In this document: positions 1-9,586 of the stretch, piece after piece
How positions within the stretch are numbered: position 1 is the stretch's first letter
Layout of the letters: each line of letters starts with the position of its first letter
The notes under the pieces: generated by a model
Told to the model about the DNA's origin: nothing
Databases searched by the model: none
What the model saw: the letters and a program-made list of their open reading frames with translations, nothing else
Translations under genes and position numbers: made by a program
IMG/VR virus record: IMGVR_UViG_3300023179_000146
Location: 1 to 52,520 of that record
Strand: one strand, 5' to 3'
DNA from: a virus
Taxonomy: Duplodnaviria > Caudoviricetes
Length of the DNA: 52,520 bases

Positions 1-566
1 ATATTCTTCTTTTTATCATCCCAAACGATTTCCATAGCGACATAACCATCGATTAGAAAATCCTTCATCAATTGCCATGCACTAACAGAATCAGCAAATC
101 CATATCTGTTATAAATCTTCTCGAAATATTCTTGATATTTGTCCTTTATATCTTGTGTAAATTCAGTTGGTAATTGTCTTGGAGAGCAAAAATCTTTATC
201 TGAATAAATAATACACTCATCACAAACAGTAGAAATAAAATCTCTAATTTCATCTTTAATTGAATACTCTCTTAGAATTCTTCTTTTATCAGCATATGAA
301 CGATCAAGATATGGTATAGATTTTCTATTTAAGATTGATGCAACCGCTCTTTTTGAAAAGAAGTCGTACATTGAGTTTCCCTGTTGAGCATATGGATCTT
401 CATTGATACCAACACCAACTTGATTACGCATAATCATATCATCATAATTCATGCCCCAAGTAGAAAGGTTTCTTAGAATACGACTAAATAAACCTCTGTT
501 CTCTACAGCAGAATTTATATTATATTGAAACTGTCCCTGATTATTGAGAGGATTGTACGAAGCCAT
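1..566 (-). CDS. Portal vertex protein, T4 gp20-like (5' part; runs off the window start)
   Basis: Not in the ORF track. Manual translation from ATG at 566 gives MASYNPLNNQ...KRRILREYSIKDEIRDFISTVCDECIIY...DFLIDGYVAMEIVWDDKKKNI, open to base 1. The YS..DEI...V.DE.II and (W/F)xIDG segments match the gp20 N-terminal pattern. Confidence 0.8.
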   Translation of the reverse strand, partial: MASYNPLNNQGQFQYNINSAVENRGLFSRILRNLSTWGMNYDDMIMRNQVGVGINEDPYAQQGNSMYDFFSKRAVASILNRKSIPYLDRSYADKRRILREYSIKDEIRDFISTVCDECIIYSDKDFCSPRQLPTEFTQDIKDKYQEYFEKIYNRYGFADSVSAWQLMKDFLIDGYVAMEIVWDDKKKN

Positions 567-587
567 AAATTTTCAAAAATTTTAAGG

Positions 588-596
588 TATATATAA
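588..596 (-). promoter_or_regulatory. Putative late promoter box TTATATATA for the portal gene
   Basis: Same motif recurs upstream of most structural genes in the window. Confidence 0.65.
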
Positions 597-618
597 AAAA
601 TCCAGTTCCTCCTAAAGA

Positions 619-933
619 TTACTCCTTGGGAAATTCTCCCAAAAATGCTAAAAGTTCTTCTTTGAAAGATTGATAACCAGGATTATTATTTAAATCAGCT
701 ACTAAACCATCAATTACTTTTTGAACAATTTCTCTTCTTTCATCTTCTTCTTGTGAAGATAATTTTCTTTTTTTGATATCTGATTCTATTTCCGGTAGAA
801 ATTTTCCACTCATCTCTTTTCTTTTCTGCTCGATTCTTTCTTCTTCAGATTTTTCAAAGTCCTGTCTAGCTTTTGTTTGTGCAGCTAACATATCTTTGTA
901 TTCGAGCTCTTCGAATTTTTGTAAATGTTTCAT
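619..933 (-). CDS. Hypothetical protein with N-terminal capsid-targeting-like tag (MKHLQKFEE)
   Basis: 104-aa charged helical ORF; TAATATATA at 956-964 upstream. Confidence 0.7.
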   Translation of the reverse strand: MKHLQKFEELEYKDMLAAQTKARQDFEKSEEERIEQKRKEMSGKFLPEIESDIKKRKLSSQEEDERREIVQKVIDGLVADLNNNPGYQSFKEELLAFLGEFPKE

Positions 934-965
934 AATTATAGTCGTATTTTTAGAGTATATATTAT

Positions 966-1661
966 TTATGGTTTACCATATTTTTCATATGATTTTCTCA
1001 ATCTCTCAATATGTTCTTTAAGAACATTATATTTATCACTTATTTCATCCTTGACATCATAGAAGTCTTTCAAGACAGAAGTGATTATCTCTTGATGTCT
1101 GGCCTGTTTTGTTTCTAATTTTGTTTCCCAGATTTCCATCAATTTTTTAGGATCATAAGTATTCTTTGGATATGAAGAATATAAAAATCTTGGCAACAAT
1201 TCTAAATTAACTCTATGACAAATTTTTATTTGAGCAACGTTATATTCCTGTATAGCATATTCAAAACCATATCTAAGTAATTCAGTGTACATACCTTTAA
1301 AATTGACTTCTATAATTTGATTTTTTTCAAAATTTTCTTCAGTAATGAACTTATCAAAAATAGAATCTCTCAGTTCGAGTGGAATAAAATTAAAATTCAC
1401 ACCTAATATTACTATCATATTTGAAAATTTTCTATAATCACAACAGAAAATAGGAGACCAACGCATCCAATTTGAATCGTCTAAATAGTGAAGATGATAA
1501 AAGCCACCAACTTGGATGTCTTCTTTTGAAATAGCTTTACAATCCTCATCACTTTCAGAATATTTTTCATACATGAATTTAGTATTATTACGATAATAAT
1601 CTATCAAATCACGACCAAAGACCAATCGGTTTAATTTTACTCTTTCTTTCAGGGCACCCAT
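966..1661 (-). CDS. DNA end protector protein, T4 gp2-like
   Basis: FYHLHY...RWSPIF...ILGVNFNFIPLELR resembles the gp2 pattern YxFxY...FP...GLNLHYIP. Divergent from gp4. Likely start is ATG at 1661 (MGAL). Confidence 0.6.
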   Translation of the reverse strand: MGALKERVKLNRLVFGRDLIDYYRNNTKFMYEKYSESDEDCKAISKEDIQVGGFYHLHYLDDSNWMRWSPIFCCDYRKFSNMIVILGVNFNFIPLELRDSIFDKFITEENFEKNQIIEVNFKGMYTELLRYGFEYAIQEYNVAQIKICHRVNLELLPRFLYSSYPKNTYDPKKLMEIWETKLETKQARHQEIITSVLKDFYDVKDEISDKYNVLKEHIERLRKSYEKYGKP

Positions 1662-1665
1662 ATAC

Positions 1666-1675
1666 AATATATATT
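1666..1675. promoter_or_regulatory. Palindromic AATATATATT, putative bidirectional late promoter between gp2 and gp4
   Basis: Fills most of the 16-nt gap between ATG 1661 (-) and ATG 1678 (+). Confidence 0.65.
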
Positions 1676-1677
1676 AT

Positions 1678-2214
1678 ATGTTAAACTCCAAACCTAATAA
1701 TACAAACTATCATCAAGGCAATTATATTCCTAAATTCAAAGACAAAGTATTGAAATTAAACTCACAAGGTGGCATCTATTATAGAAGTTCCTGGGAAGTT
1801 AAGATAATGACTTGGTTAGATAATAATCCCAAAATAACTAAATGGGGAGCCGAATGTGTTACTATACCATATCAACTAACACACTATGAAAGAAATGGCG
1901 ATATCAATTTAAAAAGCCACTGCTATTATCCGGATTTTTATTATGAAATAGATAATGGCAATAGCACGACTAAAAAAGTAATAGCGGAGGTCAAACCGAT
2001 GAAAGAGTATTTAATGGTTCAAAAACTTCAAGAAATGAAATTATCAGTACCAGAGAATGCAACTCTCAAGAAATTAAAAAACTTTGAGTATGATTTAAAA
2101 ATGGCTCAAAAAAATTCTGAAAAATGGAAAACGATGATAAAATACTGTGATTTAAAAGGATGGGATTTTATAATAATCACTGAAGAACACTTGAAAAGAA
2201 TGGGGCTACTATAA
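1678..2214 (+). CDS. Head completion nuclease, T4 gp4-like (TnsA-type PD-(D/E)XK)
   Basis: YRSSWE, W.AE...IPY, YYPDFY, EVKP and KW...GWDFIIITE motifs. Confidence 0.88.
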   Translation: MLNSKPNNTNYHQGNYIPKFKDKVLKLNSQGGIYYRSSWEVKIMTWLDNNPKITKWGAECVTIPYQLTHYERNGDINLKSHCYYPDFYYEIDNGNSTTKKVIAEVKPMKEYLMVQKLQEMKLSVPENATLKKLKNFEYDLKMAQKNSEKWKTMIKYCDLKGWDFIIITEEHLKRMGLL

Positions 2215-2524
2215 GGCAGAATAAAATAGATATCTTTATCATACAAAAGACAATATCATATTTATTTGAAAATATCCAGATATCAAAAGAACTACACAAT
2301 CCAACCAGTAGAAGTAAAATACCAAATACTTTCCACTCTGTAAATAAAAGTGCAAATGTCCAAAACCAATAAAATATCTGATGTAAATAATATATTATAT
2401 CGAACAGTATCCAGTTTTTATTGTCATACATAATCAACTTCTGGTCAATATTTTTTTTTAAATGTGATTTATTGACCAAGTAGTAAAATGTAGAAAGAAT
2501 AAAAAAGAAAGCTAAAAAATTCAT
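2177..2524 (-). CDS. Hypothetical membrane protein
   Basis: 115 aa with 3-4 hydrophobic segments; start overlaps the upstream stop (ATGA, 2521-2524). Confidence 0.55.
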   Translation of the reverse strand: MNFLAFFFILSTFYYLVNKSHLKKNIDQKLIMYDNKNWILFDIIYYLHQIFYWFWTFALLFTEWKVFGILLLLVGLCSSFDIWIFSNKYDIVFCMIKISILFCLIVAPFFSSVLQ

Positions 2525-2820
2525 ATCTTAAAGAAGATTTCTTCTATTTTTATTAGATTATTCATTTCATACTCCATTAATCGTAAAGAATTTTTTTCTT
2601 TGACTAATTCAAAAAGAGTATCAGAAATAAAACATTCTATAAGAGGTCCACTGATTCTATCATATTCATGTGGCACTAAAGCCTGACTCTGACGGATTAT
2701 ATATATTTCATTGAGATAACTCTTGTGTGTGTCTTCATTAATGTGTAATGAGCAACCATCAGGTCTAATACCCCAACTTCTTTCAGATTCTTCCCATCTC
2801 TGGAAGTAACAACGATTCAT
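2521..2820 (-). CDS. Hypothetical phage protein ([18 protein letters not shown])
   Basis: 99-aa ORF overlapping the end of fcl; same-strand gene string. Confidence 0.65.
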   Translation of the reverse strand: MNRCYFQRWEESERSWGIRPDGCSLHINEDTHKSYLNEIYIIRQSQALVPHEYDRISGPLIECFISDTLFELVKEKNSLRLMEYEMNNLIKIEEIFFKI

Positions 2821-3736
2821 TTAAAAAATGTTTATAAGTTAATTCAATTCCTCTTTTTAAATCAGTCTTATGTGACCAACCTAACTCATGTATTTTAGAA
2901 ACATCTAAAAGTTTACGGGGCGTACCATCTGGTTTTGAAGAATCATAAATAATTGTTCCGGAGAAACCTACGACTTCTTTTATCAGTTGTGATAAATCTT
3001 TTATTGAAATATCTTCTCCAGTTCCGATGTTAACTATTTCAGAATCATTATAATTCAACATTAAAAATAAACAAGCCTCAGCTAAATCATCAACATATAA
3101 AAATTCACGCATAGGTTTACCACTTCCCCAAATTTCAACTTCAGGATTTCCGGCATTTTTTGCCTCGTGAAATTTCCTAATCAAAGCTGGCATTACATGC
3201 GAGTTTTCTAAGTGATAATTATCTCCTTGTCCATAAAGGTTAGTTGGCATCACTGAGATGAAGTTTGTTCCATACTGCACATTAAAACTTTGACACATTT
3301 TGATGCCACTAATTTTTGCAATTGCGTAAGCATCATTAGAAGATTCTAACTTACCAGAAAGTAAATACTCTTCTTTTAAAGGCTGAGTAGCCATCTTTGG
3401 ATAAATACAAGATGAACCTAAAAATAATAATTTCTTTACACCATTTTGATAAGAAGCGTTGATAACATTCGTTTGAATCATTAGATTTTGATAAATAAAA
3501 TCGGCTTTAAAATCATTATTGGCTTTTATACCACCAACTTTAGCTGCTGCTAAGAAAACATATTCAGGTCTTTCAAAATGAAAAAAATGATTGACTTGAA
3601 ACTGATTTGTCAAGTCTAATTCTTTTCTTGACTTAGTTATGATATTAGTATAACCCTCTGATTGTAATTTTCTCACTAAGGCGGAACCAACCATACCTCT
3701 ATGACCAGCGACAAATATTTTAGAATCTTTTTTCAT
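2783..3736 (-). CDS. fcl: GDP-L-fucose synthase
   Basis: GHRGMVGS Rossmann motif, [45 protein letters not shown]. Confidence 0.96.
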   Translation of the reverse strand: MKKDSKIFVAGHRGMVGSALVRKLQSEGYTNIITKSRKELDLTNQFQVNHFFHFERPEYVFLAAAKVGGIKANNDFKADFIYQNLMIQTNVINASYQNGVKKLLFLGSSCIYPKMATQPLKEEYLLSGKLESSNDAYAIAKISGIKMCQSFNVQYGTNFISVMPTNLYGQGDNYHLENSHVMPALIRKFHEAKNAGNPEVEIWGSGKPMREFLYVDDLAEACLFLMLNYNDSEIVNIGTGEDISIKDLSQLIKEVVGFSGTIIYDSSKPDGTPRKLLDVSKIHELGWSHKTDLKRGIELTYKHFLNESLLLPEMGRI

Positions 3737-4799
3737 TTTCTATATGTTGTTTTGAAATTTTATCAAAATCTGAATAGACCATTTCTTTACACAACTCTTC
3801 TACTGTATATTTTGGAGTCCATCCTAATTTTGTTCTTGCTTTAGTTGAATCACCCACTAATAAATCTACTTCAGTCGGCCTAAAATATTCAGAATCGATC
3901 TCAACAATGATCTCTCCAGTTTTCTTATTTATACCTTTTTCATCTTTACCGACACCAACCCACTCAATCTCAATATCAAGATGTTTGAATGCCATTGTGC
4001 AAAAATCTCTGACTGAGATTTTTTTACCAGTAGAAAGTACATAATCTTCTGGAGTTTCTTGTTGCATCATTAACCACATTCCTTCAACATAATCTTTAGC
4101 ATGTCCCCAATCTCTTTCAGCATCGAGATTACCAATTAATAATTTATCTTGAATTCCTAATTTAATTTTAGCAACAGCCTGTGTAATCTTTCTTGTTACA
4201 AATGTCTCTCCCCTGACTGGACTTTCGTGATTGAAAAGTATTCCGGAACAAGCAAAAATACCGTAGGCTTCTCTATAATTTACAGTAATCCAATGAGCAT
4301 ATAGCTTAGCCACACCATACGGACTCCTTGGATAAAAAGGTGTTGTTTCTCTTTGAGGCACTTCTTGAACCAATCCAAACATTTCAGAGGTTGATGCTTG
4401 ATAAAATTTAGTTTTCTTCTCAAGTCCTAATATTCTGATAGCTTCAAGAATTCTTAGTGTTCCTATACCATCTGCATTAGCCGTATATTCCGGGGTTTCA
4501 AAGCTCACTTTAACATGAGATTGTGCTGCCAAATTATAAATTTCATCAGGCTGTACTTCTTGTATTATTCTGATTAAATTGGTCGAGTCAGTCAAATCAC
4601 CGTAATGTAAATGAAAATTTTTTGTTTCTCTTGTAGATTCATATAACGAATCTATTCTTTCAGTATTAAAAGATGAACTTCTTCTCTTTATACCATGAAC
4701 AGTATATCCTTTTTCTAAAAGAAACTCTGCTAGATAACTTCCATCTTGTCCCGTAATTCCAAGGATCAATCCAATTTTTCTATTTAAATTTGTATTCAT
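3720..4799 (-). CDS. gmd: GDP-mannose 4,6-dehydratase
   Basis: [65 protein letters not shown]. Confidence 0.97.
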   Translation of the reverse strand: MNTNLNRKIGLILGITGQDGSYLAEFLLEKGYTVHGIKRRSSSFNTERIDSLYESTRETKNFHLHYGDLTDSTNLIRIIQEVQPDEIYNLAAQSHVKVSFETPEYTANADGIGTLRILEAIRILGLEKKTKFYQASTSEMFGLVQEVPQRETTPFYPRSPYGVAKLYAHWITVNYREAYGIFACSGILFNHESPVRGETFVTRKITQAVAKIKLGIQDKLLIGNLDAERDWGHAKDYVEGMWLMMQQETPEDYVLSTGKKISVRDFCTMAFKHLDIEIEWVGVGKDEKGINKKTGEIIVEIDSEYFRPTEVDLLVGDSTKARTKLGWTPKYTVEELCKEMVYSDFDKISKQHIENEKRF

Positions 4800-4955
4800 A
4801 TTCTTTTTGAACTTTTATATCTTTTATATAATTGAAGAACTTTATAGTTTCTTTCTTATTTAAGTAAATTCTATTTCTCTTAGTTATTTTGACATTGATA
4901 TTTATATTTAAAAAATATTTTTCTATTATAGTCCCATTCACAAAACATCCTAAAA

Positions 4956-5321
4956 CTACAAACTATGTAATCCTTGACCATCATTAGATCCTTCAAGTGA
5001 AATTAGTCGAATTTGATTGTCAGAATCTCCTTTCTTTTTATAAATTTCGTTGAATCCTTTAGCTATTCCACGTTTGAATACTTCTGTAAAATAAGCAAAG
5101 GCATTGACTGATTTTTCCTCATTGAAATTGTACCAATTTTGATACATATCCAAAAGACCAGATTGATAACAATCCATCTTGTCATCATTATTCCAATATC
5201 TCATTTTTTTGATGGTTTCTTTGCCAAGTAATTCCAACATTTTCTCAGCCTTTCTTGTTAATTTTCCTTGTGATTTTGATACAAGAATTTCAACATAGAG
5301 TTCTTTGTTATTTAGGTACAT
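4956..5321 (-). CDS. Late-transcription sigma factor, T4 gp55-like (compact, 121 aa)
   Basis: YLNNKELY N-terminus and NFNEEKSVNAFAYFTEVFKRG match the gp55 patterns YVNNKEL and NFD..K..NPxAYFT. Confidence 0.75.
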   Translation of the reverse strand: MYLNNKELYVEILVSKSQGKLTRKAEKMLELLGKETIKKMRYWNNDDKMDCYQSGLLDMYQNWYNFNEEKSVNAFAYFTEVFKRGIAKGFNEIYKKKGDSDNQIRLISLEGSNDGQGLHSL

Positions 5322-5325
5322 TCAT

Positions 5326-5377
5326 AAAGCATTAATTTTTAAGCACGAAGCTTAAGATGCTTTCATGTTATATATTA
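5326..5377 (-). promoter_or_regulatory. Late promoter box (5369-5377) plus 5' leader hairpin (5326-5363) of the gp55-like gene
   Basis: Minus strand reads TAATATATA ac ATG AAAGCAT c TTAAGC ttcgt GCTTAA aaatta ATGCTTT atga ATG. Confidence 0.6.
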
Positions 5378-5405
5378 ACTATCATGACGAGTTTTAAAAA
5401 GGCAC

Positions 5406-5435
5406 AAAAAAACCTCGAAATTTTCGAGGTTTTTT
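5406..5435. terminator. Intrinsic terminator, potentially bidirectional
   Basis: AAAAAACCTCGAAA-t-TTTCGAGGTTTTTT inverted repeat just past the stop of ORF 5442-6722. Confidence 0.8.
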
Positions 5436-5441
5436 ATTTTA

Positions 5442-6722
5442 TTAAAGTTTAATTCTTTCCTTATATTGAAGCTCCTTAACAGCTGTCAATTCCCCATCGA
5501 GTGATTTAGCTCTTTTTTCAAGATTTACCAAAGCTTCTTTAAGAACTTTAGTTTCACCTAACATTTGAAGAGATGCTTTTACTTTACCAATATTGAATTT
5601 AACATCCTCTAATTTAAGAGTAATTTCTCTTTCTTTATCTTCAAGCTTTTTCTTAGCAACTACTTCTTTGTTTAATTTATTTTCAAAGAAATAAGTCAAA
5701 TCAAAATTTAATTCATTTCTAACCTCGTTTACTAACTCAAGAGCTGAATCATACTTGAAGAATGAATAACCATATCTTTCATCACATCTGTAAACAAATA
5801 GATTATTTTTATAATTAAATGCAAATACTTCCAAAGTAGGATTGATTAAGTTAGAAACTCTTTTAACTACATCCAATTCAACAAAAGAATCCATGTTCTT
5901 AGAAACCTCTTGTATCAATGGATAGAAATTCTTATTAACAATAGGGATAACTGGTGATTGGAAAATACTTTCTAGTGTTGATTCTTCATTTAATTCATCT
6001 TCATTTATAAACAATCCCTTTTTAGCAACACCTAAACCAACTGTCAAATATTCAGAAATTCTAAAATCGATTCTATTCTCATTTATAGAACAAAACTGAA
6101 GAGCTGTTTGTAAAGTTCTTAGAGTTCTAAATCTAGCTTCTTCTTTGACATGATTCTCAAGTAGAGTTTTATCAATTGTATTCTCACTTAGAAGAAACCA
6201 AGAATCTTTGATAAAAGCAATATGTCCATCCTCAACTTGTTCAACGATAGTATAAACTGACTCAGCTTTACCACCATTTAAAAGGTTTTGTCTCTTTTCG
6301 GGAGATTTAGTCAAATTATGAACAAATAATTTAATTTCTGGAACCCAGTCGTAAATAGCCAATTCATTAAGAACTTTAGATAACCTATCTTGATCTGTTT
6401 CAAGATTAATTGTTTGTAAAAGCACATTCAAAGGTTGTCTGTATAATTCTCCTTGGTTTTTTGAGTTCAACACATTGTAAAGACTCTTTAATTCATACAC
6501 TAATTCAAACTGTGCTACATCATCATTAAGACTTTCTAAGAAAGACTTTACTTGTTTATCATAAGTATAAGGTCTTAATCTCTCATTCAAAGATTGAATC
6601 ATTTGCTTTTCAGCAAATTCAGTATAATTATTAAGGTGACCCTCAACAACATAAGCTACGTCTGACTGTTCGAAAGTCAAAGACTTTTTAAAGTTGAAAA
6701 GCTCAAGTTTTAGATTCTTCAT
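5442..6722 (-). CDS. Hypothetical late protein with C-terminal coiled coil (possibly head assembly)
   Basis: 426-aa ORF with its own TAATATATA box (6750-6758) and terminator; function not recognised. Confidence 0.7.
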   Translation of the reverse strand: MKNLKLELFNFKKSLTFEQSDVAYVVEGHLNNYTEFAEKQMIQSLNERLRPYTYDKQVKSFLESLNDDVAQFELVYELKSLYNVLNSKNQGELYRQPLNVLLQTINLETDQDRLSKVLNELAIYDWVPEIKLFVHNLTKSPEKRQNLLNGGKAESVYTIVEQVEDGHIAFIKDSWFLLSENTIDKTLLENHVKEEARFRTLRTLQTALQFCSINENRIDFRISEYLTVGLGVAKKGLFINEDELNEESTLESIFQSPVIPIVNKNFYPLIQEVSKNMDSFVELDVVKRVSNLINPTLEVFAFNYKNNLFVYRCDERYGYSFFKYDSALELVNEVRNELNFDLTYFFENKLNKEVVAKKKLEDKEREITLKLEDVKFNIGKVKASLQMLGETKVLKEALVNLEKRAKSLDGELTAVKELQYKERIKL

Positions 6723-6789
6723 ATTTTAAAAGTTTATTTTTTATATTCTTATATATTACATTCAAAAAACGACTTTTTACTATTTTTTA

Positions 6790-7536
6790 CTATTTATTTT
6801 GTGACAAGTCGTCTAAATTAGCATTCGGATTCGAAGGTCGTGCACTTCCAGTTCTTAAAGCAATAATATTGTTGAACCATCGAGTTCTGAAAGGTTTAAC
6901 TTCAACATTAGTAATAAAGGCTGGGTAAAAGGTTTGAACTTCCAAAGAAGCCGTTAATTTTATAGTATTATCACTCTTCAAATTCTTTTCTCTTACAATT
7001 TCGATTCCATTATTATCAGGTTGCATCATTATAGCATCAATATTCATATAATTATGCTCAAAATACATGTACTTGTAAAGCCAAAGAGTATTCATAATTG
7101 CTTGAGAACATTTGAAAACATCGACCTCACTTTTTAGTAGTATCTGTAAATCATAAGTCGCTGTGATAGGTATAGCACGAAGTTTATTCAAAACTCGCTT
7201 AGCCTCAACATTATCTTCAACAACATTTCTTAGCCATATATTTGGATTTCTGAATTCATCTGAACGAATGACCCAACTTGTGAGTGTCACATGACCTCTG
7301 GGTATTTGGTCAGTATTCAACTCAACAAATCGATTTTGAGATACTATATCATCAGTAAAAGCATCAAGTAAAAATCTATCATCACCAGTTAGCGAGTAAT
7401 AGAATGGCACATTTACTTGAACATCACCATTTGTAAATCGATTAATCCACTTTACTCTACCTTCAAGTGTATCTAAAACACATATGGTCAAATCTCGTAG
7501 AAATACCTCATCAAAATTAAACTTTTCACCTATCAT
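6790..7536 (-). CDS. Tail completion / sheath stabiliser, T4 gp15-like
   Basis: VNVPFYY...IPRGHV...IPITATYDLQILLKSEVDVFKCSQAI matches gp15 VPI.Y...LPR...P....ELSI.....D..QI.EQI. Start is ATG 7536 or 7542. Confidence 0.7.
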   Translation of the reverse strand: MIGEKFNFDEVFLRDLTICVLDTLEGRVKWINRFTNGDVQVNVPFYYSLTGDDRFLLDAFTDDIVSQNRFVELNTDQIPRGHVTLTSWVIRSDEFRNPNIWLRNVVEDNVEAKRVLNKLRAIPITATYDLQILLKSEVDVFKCSQAIMNTLWLYKYMYFEHNYMNIDAIMMQPDNNGIEIVREKNLKSDNTIKLTASLEVQTFYPAFITNVEVKPFRTRWFNNIIALRTGSARPSNPNANLDDLSQNK

Positions 7537-7569
7537 TATCATATATATTAGAACTTTAATCTTCTTATC

Positions 7570-8532
7570 ATGTCAATTCAAAATTTATTACTCTGGGAAA
7601 AATGGCGTCCAAAAACTTTAGATGATACCATACTCCCAGAACGCATAAAAAAACATTTCGAAAACGGTGTAACAAAAAATTACATCTTCTATGGTAATTA
7701 CGGAATAGGCAAAACATCATTAGCCAGAATACTTATAGGCAAATATTCAAAAGATAAAGCCTTTTTAGAAATCAACTCTTCACTTTTCACTTCAATCGAT
7801 GTTTTGAGAAGTGAGATTGAGAAATTCTGTAAGACCGTTCCGATGTTTGATACAGAAGATCCAATCAAATATGTTTTTCTCGATGAGTTTGAAAGAGTTT
7901 CACCTAACTATCAAGACGCACTCAAAGCTTTTATTGAACAATATCATCACAATGTTCGTTTTATTCTAACAACAAACCACTTTAATAAAATATCGGATGG
8001 TATTAAATCAAGGTTTACTGCTATCAATTTTGATACTCAAAGTCCAGAAGAAGAAAAATCAGTAAAAACTGGAATCTATAAAAGAATTATGGATTCAGTT
8101 TGTCCAAAAGAAAACTTAACAATTGAAAAAGAAGTTCTGATTTCACTAATCAACAAGAAATATCCAGACATTAGATCTATTTTCGTTGAACTACAAAATC
8201 TAAAAGATACAGGTGAGGTTACATCAACGGGTTCTAACATAAACAATAAACTTAAAATTGACACTTATAATTTAATCTATGATAAATCAGCAGATTATGA
8301 AAAGATTTATCATTTTTTAATGACACTTTATGGAGCTGAAAAAATTGATTTGCTATTTCAAATACTGGGTAGAACTTTCATTGAATGGTCTTTACAAGAA
8401 GGTAAGAATGTAGATAAACTTTTTAAGTGTAACTATGTTATTTCTGACTATCGTTCAAAATTAGATTCACAAGCTGATCCAATTTTACTTGGCATGACTG
8501 TAATTGGAAAGTTCAGAGATATTTTACTTTGA
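7570..8532 (+). CDS. Clamp loader large subunit, T4 gp44 / RFC-like AAA+
   Basis: WEKWRPKTLDD, Walker A GNYGIGKTS, Walker B FLDEFE, RFILTTN, SRF, YPDIR. Confidence 0.92.
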   Translation: MSIQNLLLWEKWRPKTLDDTILPERIKKHFENGVTKNYIFYGNYGIGKTSLARILIGKYSKDKAFLEINSSLFTSIDVLRSEIEKFCKTVPMFDTEDPIKYVFLDEFERVSPNYQDALKAFIEQYHHNVRFILTTNHFNKISDGIKSRFTAINFDTQSPEEEKSVKTGIYKRIMDSVCPKENLTIEKEVLISLINKKYPDIRSIFVELQNLKDTGEVTSTGSNINNKLKIDTYNLIYDKSADYEKIYHFLMTLYGAEKIDLLFQILGRTFIEWSLQEGKNVDKLFKCNYVISDYRSKLDSQADPILLGMTVIGKFRDILL

Positions 8533-9546
8533 TTCTATCCACTCCTTCATCTTATGAAAGAAAGCATCATCAACAAGATAATATTCTTTACAAACAAATG
8601 TTATTTCTTGTTCTCCAATTTCTTTCATGCCATCTTCTTGGTAACCTTGAACAATTTGATTCATATGTGAAATGGCATCATTTCTAACTTGTTCAGCCAT
8701 CACTTTTTCATAATCTTCTATATTCATTTCCGGAATCCAAATTAAATCTTTTTTCAAATCTTCTTGTTGTATATCAGGACTAGCTGAATATTTATCTGGA
8801 TTCTCTCTAATTTCACCTAAAATTCTTGGTATTTGATTTAAACCTGTTTCGATGCCTTTATATGAGTATTGTCCTCTACCACCACCTCTAGAATATGACC
8901 ACTGGTCTCTTTTTTGACCTGGTTCACCATATATTCCCCACCATCTATCCATCATATACTCTTCATCTATATAATTGTCTCCAATATAATCATAATCCAT
9001 ATACCACTCTTCATTTTCAATATCAGAGTATAAGTCCATTATCTTTGGATTCCAAAAATATCTATATTCACCAATAGGGAAAAATAAAAAATTAACCTGT
9101 CTTTTTCTTTCAAAACCATCCTGTTTATCAACATATCTTGTGTAACTTTTAGCATTTAGAGGTTGTTTAGTAGCGAAAACTCCCATTCTTCGTATAGGAA
9201 TGTCAAACTTTTCGGAAAATAAATTATCAAATTCTTGAGAAACGTCTTGTCTCATATCTAAAGTATATCTATCACTTCTTGAAGCTTTTTTCCAAATGCC
9301 TTTATCAACATCGACCTTACTACCTTTAACACCTCTAAAAATTATCGAATCAGCTTGCTTGATTTCATCTAAAAAAATCTTACAATCTTTTTCCAAAATC
9401 TGAATTATTTTATTCCAATCTTCTTCAGAATATAAATTATCAAAATCTCTTTTACATTCTTTCTCATAGTCCTGCAAAACTTTCACTGGTGTATAAAGAC
9501 CAACTGGGATTTTGAAAAACTCATTAATAGTCATTAAGTATTTCAT
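8524..9546 (-). CDS. Tagged hypothetical protein (MKYLMTINE) with possible ADP-ribosyltransferase-like R-(S/T)-ExE motifs
   Basis: Likely start ATG 9546, 5 nt after TAATATATA. Contains IIFRG, GVFATK and EQEITF. Function is inference. Confidence 0.5.
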   Translation of the reverse strand: MKYLMTINEFFKIPVGLYTPVKVLQDYEKECKRDFDNLYSEEDWNKIIQILEKDCKIFLDEIKQADSIIFRGVKGSKVDVDKGIWKKASRSDRYTLDMRQDVSQEFDNLFSEKFDIPIRRMGVFATKQPLNAKSYTRYVDKQDGFERKRQVNFLFFPIGEYRYFWNPKIMDLYSDIENEEWYMDYDYIGDNYIDEEYMMDRWWGIYGEPGQKRDQWSYSRGGGRGQYSYKGIETGLNQIPRILGEIRENPDKYSASPDIQQEDLKKDLIWIPEMNIEDYEKVMAEQVRNDAISHMNQIVQGYQEDGMKEIGEQEITFVCKEYYLVDDAFFHKMKEWIESK

Positions 9547-9551
9547 CTTCT

Positions 9552-9582
9552 TATATATTAAGAAGTCTGAATATAATATATA
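9552..9582. promoter_or_regulatory. Back-to-back late promoter boxes (TAATATATA on - at 9552-9560 and on + at 9574-9582)
   Basis: Each lies 4-5 nt from the ATG of its divergent gene (9546 and 9587). Confidence 0.7.
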
Positions 9583-9586
9583 ACTC

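Noticed and set aside
1678-2214. TnsA transposase of a Tn7-like element
   Set aside because: Context (gp2, portal) and motifs fit T4 gp4; no tnsB/tnsC or transposon ends.
2783-4799. Window being a bacterial polysaccharide locus or prophage flank
   Set aside because: gmd and fcl are embedded among T4-like lytic core genes with similar AT-rich composition; no integrase or host gene run.
4800-4955. TTGACA at 4889 and a 22-codon minus-strand ORF in the gmd-gp55 gap
   Set aside because: No properly spaced -10 element or downstream plus-strand gene; the ORF is too short and featureless to support.
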